Source of the DNA: Octopus sinensis
Lineage: Eukaryota
Assembly: GCF_006345805.1 (NCBI RefSeq)
Contig: NC_043016.1
Coordinates: 31,124,001-31,188,000, forward strand
Direction: 5' to 3'
DNA length: 64,000 nt
Shown here in pieces: positions 11,760-24,459 of this stretch; within the stretch, counting starts at the first letter, position 1, and every line of letters starts with the position of its first letter. The notes below the pieces were generated by a model. It saw nothing but the letters and a program-made list of their open reading frames with translations. It ran no database searches and was not told where the DNA came from. The position numbers and the translations under genes were made by a program.

Positions 11760-13820
11760 CATCAGTTTTCCATGCTGGCATTGGTTGAACAGTTCAACAG
11801 AAACTGATGAGCCAGAAAACTATGCCTGAGCTCCAATGTCTGTTTTGGCATGTCTAAAGCTGGATGTTCTTTCCTAACACTAATCAATTTGCAGAATGTA
11901 CTGAGGGCTTTATTACATATCAGCACCAGTGAAACCACCAAGTATCCACAAGTTTGAGACGTAGTATTGAGGAAAGTTGCTTTATGCCAGGTGATGAGAG
12001 GTTAAAGTATGATAGACGGGCAGGAACAGGCATTTTTTCTGTAAAGGAGATATGTGGTTACTTCAGTTGGGAAAGAGAAAAAAATGGTGGAGATGTCTAA
12101 GGGCGTACTCTTAAAGTAAAGAAGATGAATATAAGGGGATCAGATAGGGTGATGGGTAGGTAGGTTTGTTAGTGTGAAAGGAGAATGACAGATGGATAGA
12201 GATGAATGGCAAACATGATATGGTCAATGGTGAATAATCATTTTTGATGGAGGAAATAGGAGTGGGTCAAGGTGCACAGTGTCAGGGACAAGGTCTGAGA
12301 TACATAGGTGTAGAAGAAGTAAGTGATAAACAAAGTCAGGGGTGAATATGTCATTGGCTGAATGAAAGATTGTACAAGGAAAAGAGGATGATGGTGGTAT
12401 GGGATGGTATTGAGAATGCAGATGATAAAAAGAAGTGGTTCCAGGGCAATGATAAAGGGAATCAAATATGTGCGGTTCTGCTCTCATGTAACTACAGCAA
12501 CTGAAAAGTACCATAGTTAGACCGAGTGCTGGAGAGGTGGGTGTTAGGAAGTTGAATTGTGTGGGAAGAGATTTAACAGAGATAGATTGGGTGCCGGGAC
12601 AGACAATATAATTCTAGGGCTTCATTTCTTAGACGAATGAGTCCTTCTTGAGTACAGTATGTCATCAATCATCTCAGTCCTTTGTCATTCCTCTCTAAGG
12701 CTCAACATTATGAGTAGGTCATTCCTCACTATTTCCCACATTTTCCTAATTCTCTTTCTTCAATGAGTTCCATCCACATTTAGCAATCAGCACTTTTTTA
12801 TATATACAGTTGTAATCATCTATATTTGATGCCATTATTATGATTTAATCCATATCTATAAAACAGTCCTTGGACGAAAATTGTATGCAGATTTTGCTTT
12901 GACGGTTAATGGCAGCCAAACCGAAGCTAGGATCGAGCTGAAAATTGGCAGGGATACTAAATGCTTGGTTAGGATGAGACCCACGATGGTTAAAATTCGC
13001 AAGCTATAAAGATGTGGTTACTATGGCAAAAAGAGTGATTTTTAAAACAAATATTTCAGCATTCAGAAATAGATACGGTGTAAAGGGAACAACTCAGTAA
13101 TTTCAATGATTACATTTACAAGTAATGACTGTAAATAAATATCAAGATTACTTGTCTGTTGCAAAATAATATGTGCGTGTGCATGCGTGTTTGCTTGCAT
13201 GCATGCATGAGTGTGTGCATGTGCATGCGTATGTGATTGTGTGTGTGTATGTGCGTGCATACAAGTGCGTGAGTTGGCTGTTAATTCAATCGAAGATAAA
13301 GAAATAAAAAAAGTAGTAAAAAAAGCAATTAATAATTTTAAAAATAATTTCACTAAACCTGATAGTACAAAAGGTAGCAAAGCATGATAAAAGATAATAA
13401 GAGTAGAAATTGATATTATTTTAGCATATAAGTGATCCACTGAGTGGTCTCTCCTCTCGCTTAAATAGTGGCACGTACAAAAGGCAAGTGTGCTTTCTGT
13501 TGTCACTGCCTGATATTTATGAATGATCTTTCAAAATATTTTCTTTCTCAACTTACTCAAGATCTTTTGTTTTTTTATAAATGGGAGAGAGATAGATGGA
13601 GAAAGATAGAGAGTAAGAGAAAGCGAGGGAGAGTCCGAGAGAAAGGAAGAGCAAGAGAGTGGGAAAGTGAGAGAAACAAAGAGGGAGAATGTGGCAATAA
13701 GAAACAGAAAGTAACAACCACACCCTCACCTGCATGTAGAGCGGGTCACCTTAAGCTAGTGTTATTACTAATATATTTATTGTTAAAAATTAACATCATT
13801 GAATATTACACCGAATATTA

Positions 13821-14514
13821 ATATGCTGTGCTTGAGAAGACTCGGCAAGCCAAATGAGACCATAATCCGTGGCCTATGCTAGGAGCGTAACCAGCCCACT
13901 TATGCCTTTTCCTTCATTGGACACTAAACTCTGCTTGCGAAGACCTGTTGAGGCAAGTGAAATCAAAATCAAATTCGATGACTGGCATCCGTGCTAGCAG
14001 AGAGCAAAGAGTGCCATATGAATGTGATCGTTGACAGAGCGGCTAACCAGCTTCTGTGCCAGTGGCACTTAAACGTCACCATTCGAACGTGATCGTTACC
14101 AGCGTCGCCTTACTGGCACTCGAGCCCCGTACTAGTAGGGTGCCAAGAGCACCATCCGAGCGTGATTGTTGCCAAAGTGGCTAACTGGCTTCTGTGCCAG
14201 TGGCACGTAAAAGGCACCATTCGAGTGTGATCGTTACCAGCATCGCCTTACTGGCACCTGTGCCAGTGGCATGTGTAAAAAGATTCGAGCGAGGTCATTG
14301 CCAGTACTGCCTGACTGGTCCCCGTGCCGGTGGCATGTAAAGAGCACCCACTACACTCTCGGAGTGGTTGGCGTTAGGAAGGGCATCCAGCTGTAGAAAC
14401 TCTGCCAGATCAGATTGGAGCCTGGTGCAGCCATCTGGTTTGCCAGTCCTTAATCAAAATCGTCCAACCTATGCTAGCATGGAAAGCGGACATTAAATAA
14501 TGATGATGATGATT
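13821..14514 (+). mobile_element. RTE LINE 3' UTR with internally repeated modules
   Basis: Several GTGCC(A/G)GTGGCA modules, the conserved GTGGTTGGCGTTAGGAAGGGCATCCAGCTGTAGAAAC block and a (GAT)n tail. Confidence 0.8.
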
Positions 14515-14943
14515 ACAATTAAGGTGGCGAGCTGGCAGAATCGTTACCTCGCTGAGAGAAATGTTTAGCAGCATTTCCTCCATCTTTGCAATTAAAATTT
14601 GAAATCATTATTAAATATTACACTTGTTATTGGTTAATATTATTAATATTATTATACATATCAATTGTACCATAGTCAACATCACTGTCATTGTTTAATG
14701 TCAGTTTTTCATGCTGGTATAGGTTTGACAGTCTGACATAGAGCTGGTGGTCAGACTCCAGTGTCTGCAGTGGTATGGATTCTACAGCTGGATGCCCTTC
14801 CTAACACCAGCCACTTTACAAAAATCAGAAATATTAAATATTAAAATTTACTATGGTTAGTATTATTATGACAATATCATTATCCTTAGACTTTCTTTCA
14901 ATAATAGTTTGTATTGTTATGCTGATAACATTATCTTTACTCT

Positions 14944-15237
14944 TTCTATATTTAAGAGATGAGGAATTATGTATATTATTTACATTATTTACATTCAACG
15001 GATATTTGTCCTCATCTTGTTTGTTGTTAACACAACATTTTAACTGATATACCCTCCTGCCTTCTTCAGGTGTCTTGGGGAAATTTTGAACCTGGGTTCT
15101 CACTCCTAAGGTATTTTTCGATGTTATTATTATTATTATTATTATTATTGTTATTGTTCAGATCACTGCTTGGAATCGAACTTGGAATTTGGGGTTAGTA
15201 GCCTGCGCTCTTAACCACTACACCATATGCCCATGGG
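14944..15237 (-). mobile_element. SINE family H: tRNA(Arg)-like head + (AAT)n + hammerhead-like tail, full length
   Basis: - strand head GGGCATATGGTGTAGTGGTTAAGAGCG...AGTTCGATTCC (A/B boxes), an AAT tract, and a tail containing GACAC-CTGAAGA-AGGC...; homologous to 47282-48214. Confidence 0.75.
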
Positions 15238-15239
15238 TA

Positions 15240-15256
15240 CAACAATAACAATAATG

Positions 15257-15287
<31 letters not shown>

Positions 15288-15456
15288 TAATAATAATAAT
15301 AATAACAGCAAAAAATATCTTAGGAATGAGAACCCAGGTTTGAAATTTCCCCAAGACACCTGAAGAAGGCCGGAGGGTATATCAGCTGAAACGTTATTTT
15401 AACAACAAACAAGATGAGGACAAATATCTGTCAATTGTAAATAATGTAAATAATAT
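15240..15456 (+). mobile_element. SINE family H, headless copy inverted relative to its neighbour
   Basis: (AAT)n followed by AAAAATATCTTAGGAATGAGAACCCAGG...CTGAAGAAGGCC...GAAACGTT. Confidence 0.7.
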
Positions 15457-15614
15457 TTACTCTTTGTTCCAAACTTAAATTCTACTGTTGAAGTAAAGAA
15501 ATGGTCCAAGGATATTCAGGATAAATATAAATGTAACTCATGTCAATATTGATAGTTATTAGCCTAGCATTTTTCTTATACTGATATGAGAGCTCAAAAT
15601 CTCTTGTGGAAGCA

Positions 15615-15918
15615 CCATCCAACCAAAATGCAAATATATGGGAAACTACCACCTGTGTCATCTCTTGTGAAAGGTAGGAGAGTCTAGTTTGCTGGACATT
15701 GTTGTAGAGCTGAAAAAGAAGTAATTTCTACTCTTCTCTGGAAGCCATCTGCTCGCAATACCAGAGGGCGCACACTCTCCTACCCTGATGTAATCTCCAG
15801 GGATACAGGCATCCAGCAACAGGACCTCTGTAATGCCATGATGGACTGTGAAGTCTGGCATAGCATGGTAAATTCCATTGTCTCGATCACGGTCGAACAA
15901 TGATAATGATGATGATGA
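15615..15918 (+). mobile_element. 3' end of an RTE-clade LINE ORF
   Basis: Translates HPTKMQIYGKLPPVSSLV...FAGHCCR...LLWKP...GRTLSYPDVISRDTG..., then stop and (GAT)n tail. Confidence 0.7.
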
Positions 15919-16170
15919 AGTATATCAGTATAGGATATACTGATAAGCATATATAAGGATATATTCATATGCATATCCTTAATATTCACCATAAAGAACT
16001 CAACACTTTCTAGGAAAGAATAGATAATTCTCAGTGCTAGAATCGTGGTTGAATTTGGTGGCTAACTATGGGCTAGGAAAAACAGGGTCAATGACTGACT
16101 ATTTCTATGGAGTCCAGTGGCTCAGTACAAGTAACAGGTTTGGTGGGCATATATATTTTGCATTGTCTGT

Positions 16171-16363
16171 TTTCTTTTACTTGTTTCAGTTATTTGAATG
16201 TGGCCTTGCTGGAGCACTGCTTTTAGTCAAATAGATTGATCCCAAGACTTATTCTTTATATGTACTTATTCTTCTGTCTCATTTTGCTGAACTGCTAAGT
16301 TACAGAGACATAAACACACATCAAGCAATGGTGGAAAGACAAACACAGACATAAATACATACA

Positions 16364-16399
<36 letters not shown>

Positions 16400-16558
16400 T
16401 ATATACACACACAAAGGCTTCTTTCAGTTTCCATCTACCAAATCCACTCACAAGGCTTTGGTTGACTCAAGGCTACAGTAGAAGACACTTGCTTAAGGTG
16501 ACATGCAATTGGACCAAACCTGGAACCATGTGGTTGGGAAGCAAGCTTCTTACCACAG
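16171..16558 (-). mobile_element. SINE family A (tRNA/CORE-like)
   Basis: Diverged full-length match to 16902-17307 with a central CA/TA microsatellite. Confidence 0.75.
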
Positions 16559-16901
16559 AGTAATTTCCTGGGTTCTTTTGGGTGGTCTTTGTAGGGACGA
16601 TGTACTTTTCCCAATTAGTAACTTCAGTAAGGTAGAAATAGAAAGAATGAGGAAGAAATTAAGAAAAATTTCCCTAAACTTTGGACTTGTGACCTCTATA
16701 GTGATTTCCTTAAAGTTGCCAATTTTCTTGCTGTTATTTTAGAGCTAAATACTGGTCTTCTTTCTCTGTTTCATAAACCTGATAAGAATTTCTATTATGT
16801 CAATAGAACCAATAACCTAAAAACCCCCATTAATTCAATCAGTAAAACTGTACTAAGTAAAATATCTAAATTATCTACTAACAAAGAAATATATAAATGG
16901 G

Positions 16902-17307
16902 CTCTTCTACTCTTTTACTTGTTTCAGTCATTTGACTGTGGCCATGCTGGAGCACCACCTTTAGTCGAGCAAATCGACCCCAGGACTTATTCTTTGTAAG
17001 CCTAGTACTTATTCTATCGGTCTCATTCGTCAAACCGCTAAGTTATGGGGACGTAAACACACCAGCATCGGTTGTCAAGTGATGTTGGGGGACAAACACA
17101 GACACACAAACAGGCACGCACATACGTATATATATACATATATACGACGGGCTTCTTTCAGTTTCCACCTACCAAATCCACTCACAAGGCTTTGGTTGGC
17201 CCGAAGCTATAGTAGAAGACACTTGCCCAAGGTGCCATGCAGTGGGACTGAACCCAGAACCAAGTGGTTCGTAAGCAAGCTACTTAACACACAGCCACTC
17301 CTACGCC
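16902..17307 (-). mobile_element. SINE family A (tRNA/CORE-like), full length
   Basis: - strand: GGCGTAGGAGTGGCTGTGTG head, GGTTCAGTCC B-box, CCTTGGGCAAGTG (resembles the CORE domain), central microsatellite, GAGTAAAA-type tail. Confidence 0.85.
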
Positions 17308-17705
17308 TAATTATTATAATGAAGTACAAAGCAGGGCTGGATATAATGAAAATATTATGCCCAGACATGAATAGCTCACTAAAACAAAACCTACGTAATA
17401 ATAAATGAATATTCTGCTTCTTATTCTAATATAAATTATACTAGGGGTCAATGTAATCGACTGACACCCCTGCTTCATAACTGCTGGTCTTTTGCCAAAA
17501 TTTAGAACCAATATTAAAAGCTACAATTTTAGAAAAAAGAAGTACCTGTCCTCTGGATAATAACTATCTCTGTAAAAATCATCATTATTTAACGTATGTT
17601 TTCCATGCTGGCATGGGCTAGATGGTTTGACTGGGATTGGTAAACTGGTTCCAGGCTAATTTGGTTTGGTTTCTATGGCTGCCTACCCTTCCTACACCAC
17701 CCATT

Positions 17706-17712
17706 TAAAATA

Positions 17713-17743
<31 letters not shown>

Positions 17744-20122
17744 TAATAATAATAATAATGATAATAATAATAATAATAATAATAATGAAATTATTGTATA
17801 TAGTGCTCAGGTGCACCAAACTTGTCAGAAAGTGCATATAGAGTATATGCAGTAATGTACAAATGTCTGGAAAGTGAACAATGTATGAGTCAGATACATG
17901 CTTGTGTGTGTGTATGGAGGGGAGAAAATCAGGTGTAGTGTTGCCGAATCTCAGAAAGCATGGAAATTTTGAAGGATGCAGTGCTCCGACAACTAACAAC
18001 TGATGCCGGCAGTTTGTTCCATGCTTCAGCAACTCTCAGCGTGAAAAAATGTTTCCTGAAGTCATGGGAGCTGTGCTGTTTTCTGACTTTGTAAATATGT
18101 CCACGGGTGTTAGACGGGTGGAGTTTGAAAAGGTGCTCAGAGTTATTGTTTGTAAGATGGTTGATAATTTTATGGGTGTCTGCCAAGTCAGCTGCCAGAC
18201 GTCAGAGTTTCAATGTGTCCATGCCCAGGGAAGTAAGGCGTTCAGGATATGGCAAATGCCTGATGGAGGGTATTCTTTTGGTTACACGTTGCTGAACGGC
18301 TTCCAGATGGTTGATATCCTGGGCAAGATAAGGGTCCCAGACTGGTGATGCAAATTCCAGGTGAGGTCGTACCATAGCTATATAAAGCTGCAGATAGATA
18401 GTTGGAGAGCGGCTCACAAAGGATTTGGTGAGTGATGCCAAGACACCCTCAGCCTTCTTGACAATTTCACATGAAGACTTTTTGAGATTAGTGTTGTGGA
18501 GGGAGTAGGTGGACACTGGGTTTCTCCTCCCAAAATGCATGGTGGTACATTTGTCCACAGCCAGCTTGAGTTGCCAGTCCATGATCCACTGCTGCATTGT
18601 GTCCAGGTCTGATTGCAATAGAGATCTATAGTGTACAGGATCTGACCTCTTTATTTCAAGGTACAGCTTGATGTCATCTGCATATTTCAGTACTGTGGCA
18701 TTCTTTAAGTTGGCATCTATGTCATTAACATATGCAACAAATAAAAGGGGGCCAAGAACAGATCCCTGTGGTACACCAGATGTCATCTCATAGGGTGAAG
18801 AGTGCTGTCCTAGAACTGTGACAACCTCTTTTCGGCCAAAAATAAAGGACTTCAACCAGTTATAGAGTTCGTCTCTTACGCCCAACGCAGAGAGCTTCAC
18901 CATATGTCTTTTGTGTGGCACAGAGTTAAAAGCCTTAGCAAATTCCAGGTAAACAACATCCACCCAGGATCCATGATCAGTGATTTGGGTAACGTCCTCA
19001 AGAAACTCGATGAGTTGATTACAGCAGCTGGAGTTAGGAATAAATCCAAATTGTGATGGCTGGATGAGGCTGTGAGACTTCCAGAAGTTCCAGAGGGTTT
19101 CTCTGATACAGGATTCCATCAGTTTGGCGATGCAACTAGTAAGACTAACGGGGCGATAGTTGACAGGCGATGTGCAGTCACCTTTTTGAACAGAGGGATA
19201 ACACTGGCAGTTTTCCACTGTTCTGTCAAGACAAAATTGGAAGAATAGCGGAAGTTGGCTTAGAAGAAAGTACCCACCGCGTTTGAGAAGTAGGTATGTA
19301 ACACCATCGAGACCAGGAGAGGCATATTTGCATTTATTCTTAAGGTGGCGTTGTAGCATTGCTGGTGTAAATTGCATAGTAGATATAGAGTCCGATGTCA
19401 GTGGTGATGAAGATGGAACATTTTGGTCTTCGACAGTAAAGATGCCAGCATAACATCCAGCAATGATTTCTGCACATTCTTTGGGATTGTCAGTAATCTG
19501 TCCTGTGTGGGGATTGCGAAGTGGACCAACTGGAGAGTGGGGTCTCTGCTTTGAGTGCACATACTTCCAGAGCACTTTGCTGTCAGGGTTAGCTGCAATG
19601 CATTGTTCAAATTCAAGCACTGCCTTTTTTGTCACCTGCTTGAGGTGGTTGGCTGACCTATTGTGTTTTTTCCTGTTGCTCTCTGATTTGTGCAATTTGT
19701 ATTCCTGTTCAGCATTACGGCGTTCTTTCCTGGCAAGTCGGATTGCTGCAGTCTCCAAAATTGCACTATTGGGTGGTTTTTTGTGCTTGCATAGTTCTGA
19801 TGCTGCACATATTGAATTCAGAATGTTCTGGAGTATAGTGTCCACATCTCCAGAGGCATAAAATTCGAGCCAGTTTGGGTGTTGCAGCTCGGTCCAATAA
19901 GAGTTCCAGTCTGCTTTATTCCAGTCAAAGCTGGCAGTCTGAAGATGGTTGTGTTTTTTGTTACAACCAATCAGAGACAAGTCGGCCATGATCATGGAAT
20001 GATCAGAGTCACCTAAAGGTTCTTCGGTAGTGACACTAATGATTGTTTCTGGAGAAGCGGTAAGTAGCAGATCCAAAGTGTTGTTACCCCTTGTGGGGGA
20101 GGTAACGACTTGGGACCAATTT
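17706..20122 (-). pseudogene. 5'-truncated CR1/L2-like LINE (end of endonuclease, RT, 3' UTR, TAA tail)
   Basis: ORF 18202-20139 with QFGF, DVVYLEFAKAFNSVPH, SGVPQGSVLGPLLF, YADD, VRPHLEFASPVWDPY; C-terminal FFTLRVAEAWNKLP in a shifted frame; internal frameshifts and deletions. Confidence 0.9.
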
Positions 20123-21008
20123 TGCTTTTTATGTGTCACTGGTATTGGCCATGACTATCTGTTTGTGTCATCTATATCTATGAGAGAGAAAGAGAGAAAG
20201 AGAGAGAGAGAAAGAGTGTGTGTGTGTGTGCACGACTGCTAGTTTTTGGGATAGCTAAACTCCACCTCTTAGCAAGCAAAAAAAAAAATCTATTATAAAA
20301 GAAGAGTGTTATAGTGATACAGAAATAGAATAAAAAACAAAATTTACTTTGTTTGGTGTGGTGTATGACAAATTTTGACTGATAAAATGATAAGAAGTAT
20401 GTCTGGATTTACTTATTTACTAATAGAAGAATTGTACTTTAAGAACCATAAAAGAAATTTGTTGACGCAGAAAGTAATAGTAAGCCAGTAATTTATTACA
20501 ATGTATGAAAACAGGTTTTTCGTTTTTTTCTCTGTTCTTTTCTCTTCTTTGATCAGTTTGTAGTATGTAAATGATTGTATAAAAAAAAAAAACCTGTTGA
20601 GGAAAATTAATCAAATCTCTAAAGCAGTTCTGCATCATTGCACTTGAACATTCTATGCCATGTTGCCACAAAGTCTAGAGTAGCCAGATTTTAGTTAAGA
20701 ATTGTTATTCTCATTTTTTTATGTATATATTCTATTGGTTAGTTCAGTAATAGTACTGATTCAATGTACAAGCCAATGAGAATCTTCTGTATATATATAT
20801 GTACATATACCGGAGTAAGCACATAAATGTGAAACAAGGTGGAAAAAAGAGTACTCAAATACCAGAGGTAGAGTAATATGCTTTATTTAACAAAACTGTC
20901 CGACGAACGGGAACGTGAAATTCTGAGTAACAGCTTTTGTTATATTTCTGCTGCTTTTAAATAAAGTATATATATATACACACACACACACTGACACACA
21001 TGCATGCG

Positions 21009-21046
<38 letters not shown>

Positions 21047-21167
21047 ACAGAAGTAAATAAATACCCCATAAAATGTCGTTTTATGTTTATTCTAACGTGT
21101 AAAGGTTTAAATTTTTTTTATTAATTGACATTTTGATGTTTCAGGTTCTATATGTGACTGTTTAATC

Positions 21168-21852
21168 ATGCCATATACAGAAAAAAAAAAAAGCCTTGAA
21201 ACTGTCTGAATTTCAAAGAGGTCGTATAGTGGGTAATTCTGAAGGTTGACATAGCGTAAAATCGCAGAAAACCTTGGGATCCCACTTTCTACAGTGTACA
21301 ATTCACCAGAGAGGAGTTCACGTCACTTCGCCCAGATCAACCACAACCCTTCTCTTTGTTAAGAGAATTGTGGAGGATAATTCTCGTTGCAAGGCCTCTG
21401 TCATAGCAGAACAAGTTGATATCAGTTCCAGAACAGCTGTCAGGTATCTCTACAAACTTGGTTACTATGACCGAACAGCAAGAAGGAAACCATTTCTTCA
21501 ACCAGCCAACATCAAGCGGAGAAAAGATTGGGCCACCAAGATGGTGGAGAGGCCACTAGAATTTTGGGACACTGTCATATTCTCTGATGAGTCCAGATTT
21601 GTATTTCCTGACAGTGGTCGAGTGTGGGTCTGGAGACTCTGTGATCAAGAATTTGATGTGAAAAGATTGTACCTTACAACGAAACATGGTAGCTATTCTG
21701 TGATAGCCTGGGGAGCAATTTGGAGTAATTGTCGATCAGAGCAGGTGGAGTGTGAGGGAAACACAAACTCAGACAAATATGCGTCCGTATTGCATAAAGA
21801 ACTCCTTCCAATTTTCTCCAGGGGTGAAAAGATTAAAGAAGACTCTTTATTC
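21168..21852 (+). pseudogene. Tc1-like transposase fragment (3'-truncated)
   Basis: LSEFQRGRIVG, ARRKPFL, WDTVIFSDESRF, KHGSYSVIAWG motifs; second and third catalytic residues lost; no TIR pair seen. Confidence 0.85.
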
Positions 21853-21986
21853 AGTAACATGCTTAATAGGGTCTTTGCATTGAAAAATGCAAAGGGCATG
21901 TCTACTAAATAATAAACATTGACATTATAACAATTAATAAATAATTTGAAAGTATAATTTCAGATTTAAGTAAATTTTAATGATTA

Positions 21987-23280
21987 TACGAGGGGCGTTC
22001 AATAAGTAATGCCCCTGACCCACTTGCAGTTGTTTGATCTAGCTGAAATTTTGCATGTGCAATTATTTATATCTCTATAGATTAAGTGGCAAATTACAGC
22101 TCTGAACTAATTGTGGTTTCCGATTTACAGGTGTTTGAACTGAGTCAAGTGTGAAATGGAGCCTGTTGAGTGTCGAGCAGTGATCCGGTTTTTGTATTTG
22201 AAAGGACACATACCACGGGAGACTTTTGATGAAATGAAAGTAACTTATGGTGATGATGCCCCATCATATGACCTTGTAAAATGCTGGCATCGTGAATTCA
22301 AACATGGTCGGAACTCTGTGGAAACAGCTCCCAGATCTGGTCGCCCTCTTCTGCCATTGATGAGGCATCTGCCTGTCAAGTTGAGGCTGCCATTTTGGAA
22401 GATCGACGCATAACTATTCGCCAAATAGCTCATGAGGTCAAGATTAGTACCGGGTCTGTAGAAACTATCATTCATGACCATTTGCATATGCAAAAGGTGT
22501 CTGCCAGATGGATTCCCAGGTTGCTCACACCTTTCCAGAAGCAAGAACGCGTCGATTGCTCGAGGATGAATTTGGAGATGTGCCAAGAAGATGAGTCAAA
22601 ATTTTCAAAAGACTGATTGCATAGGATAAAACCTGGGTCCATCACTATGATCCAGAGACCAAGCCCAGTCAATGCAGTGGAAGCACCGTGACTCACCTCC
22701 TCCGAAGAAGGCAAGGGTGCAGCCCTCCGCTGGCAAGGTCATGCTTACAGTCTTCTGGGACCAGGACGGAGTAGTGAAGACAGATTTCCTGGCAAAGGGT
22801 GCCACAATTACAGGAGTCTATTATGCTTCACTTTTGAGGAAATTAAGAGAAGCTATCAAAATCAAGAGGCGGGGCAAGATCAGCAAAGGCATCCTCCTCC
22901 TGCAGGACAACGCTCCGATCCACAACTCGCATGTCGCCAGATCAGAAGCACAGGCGTGCGGCTATGAACTCATCCCCCATCCCCCCTACTCTCCTGACCT
23001 TGCACCCTCTGATTTTCACCTCTTCCCAGCCATGAAGTTGTTTTTGAAAGGAAAGCGTTTTCCAGATGATGCAGCCTTGATTTCTGAAGTCACGTCGTGG
23101 TTAGAGGACCAAGCTGGGGTCTTCCACAAAAACGGTCTTCAGAGCTGCATCAAACGATGGGAGAAATGCGTAACTCTGGGTGGTTCCTATGTAGAAAAAG
23201 ACTAATAACTGTTCCAAGTTTCGTTGCTCTACTGCTATGAGAAGTGGGTCAGGGGCATTACTTATTGAACGCCCCTCGTA
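21987..23280 (+). mobile_element. Full-length mariner (D,D34D) with frameshifted transposase
   Basis: Perfect 36-bp TIRs (21989-22024, 23243-23278) with TA duplication; transposase 22156-23205 in three frames with WIPRLL, DKTWVHHYDPETK, QDNAPIH and YSPDLAPSD (34 residues between the second and third D). Confidence 0.95.
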
Positions 23281-23303
23281 AGATTGCCTATTTACTTCTA
23301 TCA

Positions 23304-23357
<54 letters not shown>

Positions 23358-23373
23358 GTGTGCGCGTTATAGC

Positions 23374-23710
23374 TTACTTGTGTTAGTCGTTAGACTGTGG
23401 CCACGCTGGGGCACGACCTTGAAAAGATTTTGTCGAACGAATCGCCTCTGTACCTACTTTTATAAGCCCAGTACCCACTCCATCGGTATCCTTCACCGAA
23501 CCGCCAAGGTTATTGTGAAGCAAGCATACAAACACTAGCCGTCAAGCAGTGTTTGGGGGGGATAATATATATATGTGTGTGTGTGCTCACAAGGCTTTGG
23601 TCGGCCCTAGGCTACAGTAGAAGACACACACCAAAGATGCCACGCATCTTGAACCCGTAACCATGTGGCTGGAAAACAAACTTCTTTACCACACATCCAC
23701 ACCTGTGCGT
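23374..23710 (-). mobile_element. SINE family A, degenerate
   Basis: GACTGTGGCCACGCTGGGGCAC and CTCACAAGGCTTTGGTCGGCCC..GGCTACAGTAGAAGACAC blocks. Confidence 0.6.
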
Positions 23711-24459
23711 AGAGTGCGTGGCTGAGTATGAAATCAATCTGTCATAGCTCCATATGCATCAGGCCATCCTATAATTAGTACCAGAAATATGATATCTGTA
23801 ACTTGGATGGTTTGATATCTTTTGTTCTTTTATTTGTTTCAGTCATTTGACTATAGCCATGCTGGAGCACCATACAACAATCAGTAATATGTACAAAGAA
23901 AATCATATCTTTATTTTAGATCAAGTCTTAAAAATCCAACAATTGTTTCAATTGCATTAAGATACACACACACATACAAACACACATAATATTATCAAAA
24001 TTAATATGTACACAAATTTATGTCAACACATTATCAAGGTAATTCAAATTGGAGAAATTCTAACTGAACATCTGAAAAAAATATAGCTGTTAAAAAACGC
24101 TTACAAAAAGAACTGCCAACCCAAATTTAACTTTAGACATTCATTCAACCTAGTGCAACATCATTGAATAACTAATTTAGTTCATAAAAATAAAATATAA
24201 AAATACCATACTAATTCCATATTTTTTAACAGTTTGAAATCTACATAAAAAAACATCTAATGTAGAAAACGAGTTTATTTGTCTACTAAAATTGATGATA
24301 CCACTGGATATCTAAAGAACAAAAATTGCAGACAAGAGTTCTATGTAATGCTTAATAGATAACTAAAGAATAAAAACTACAAATAATAATTCTATGTAGT
24401 GCTTAATAGAAATGTATATACTTTACATCACAATAATCAATTACATATTTGTCTATTTA

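Noticed and set aside
12224-12600. Decayed PLE endonuclease remnant on - (GTFSC-like)
   Set aside because: Too degenerate to support; GIY-YIG residues could not be recovered by eye.
12860-13050. Helitron-like non-autonomous element
   Set aside because: Only a TCTATA start was noticed; no 3' hairpin/CTRR end or second copy.
13063-13506. 147-aa minus-strand ORF
   Set aside because: Half of it is CA/TG microsatellite; the acceptor lacks a pyrimidine tract.
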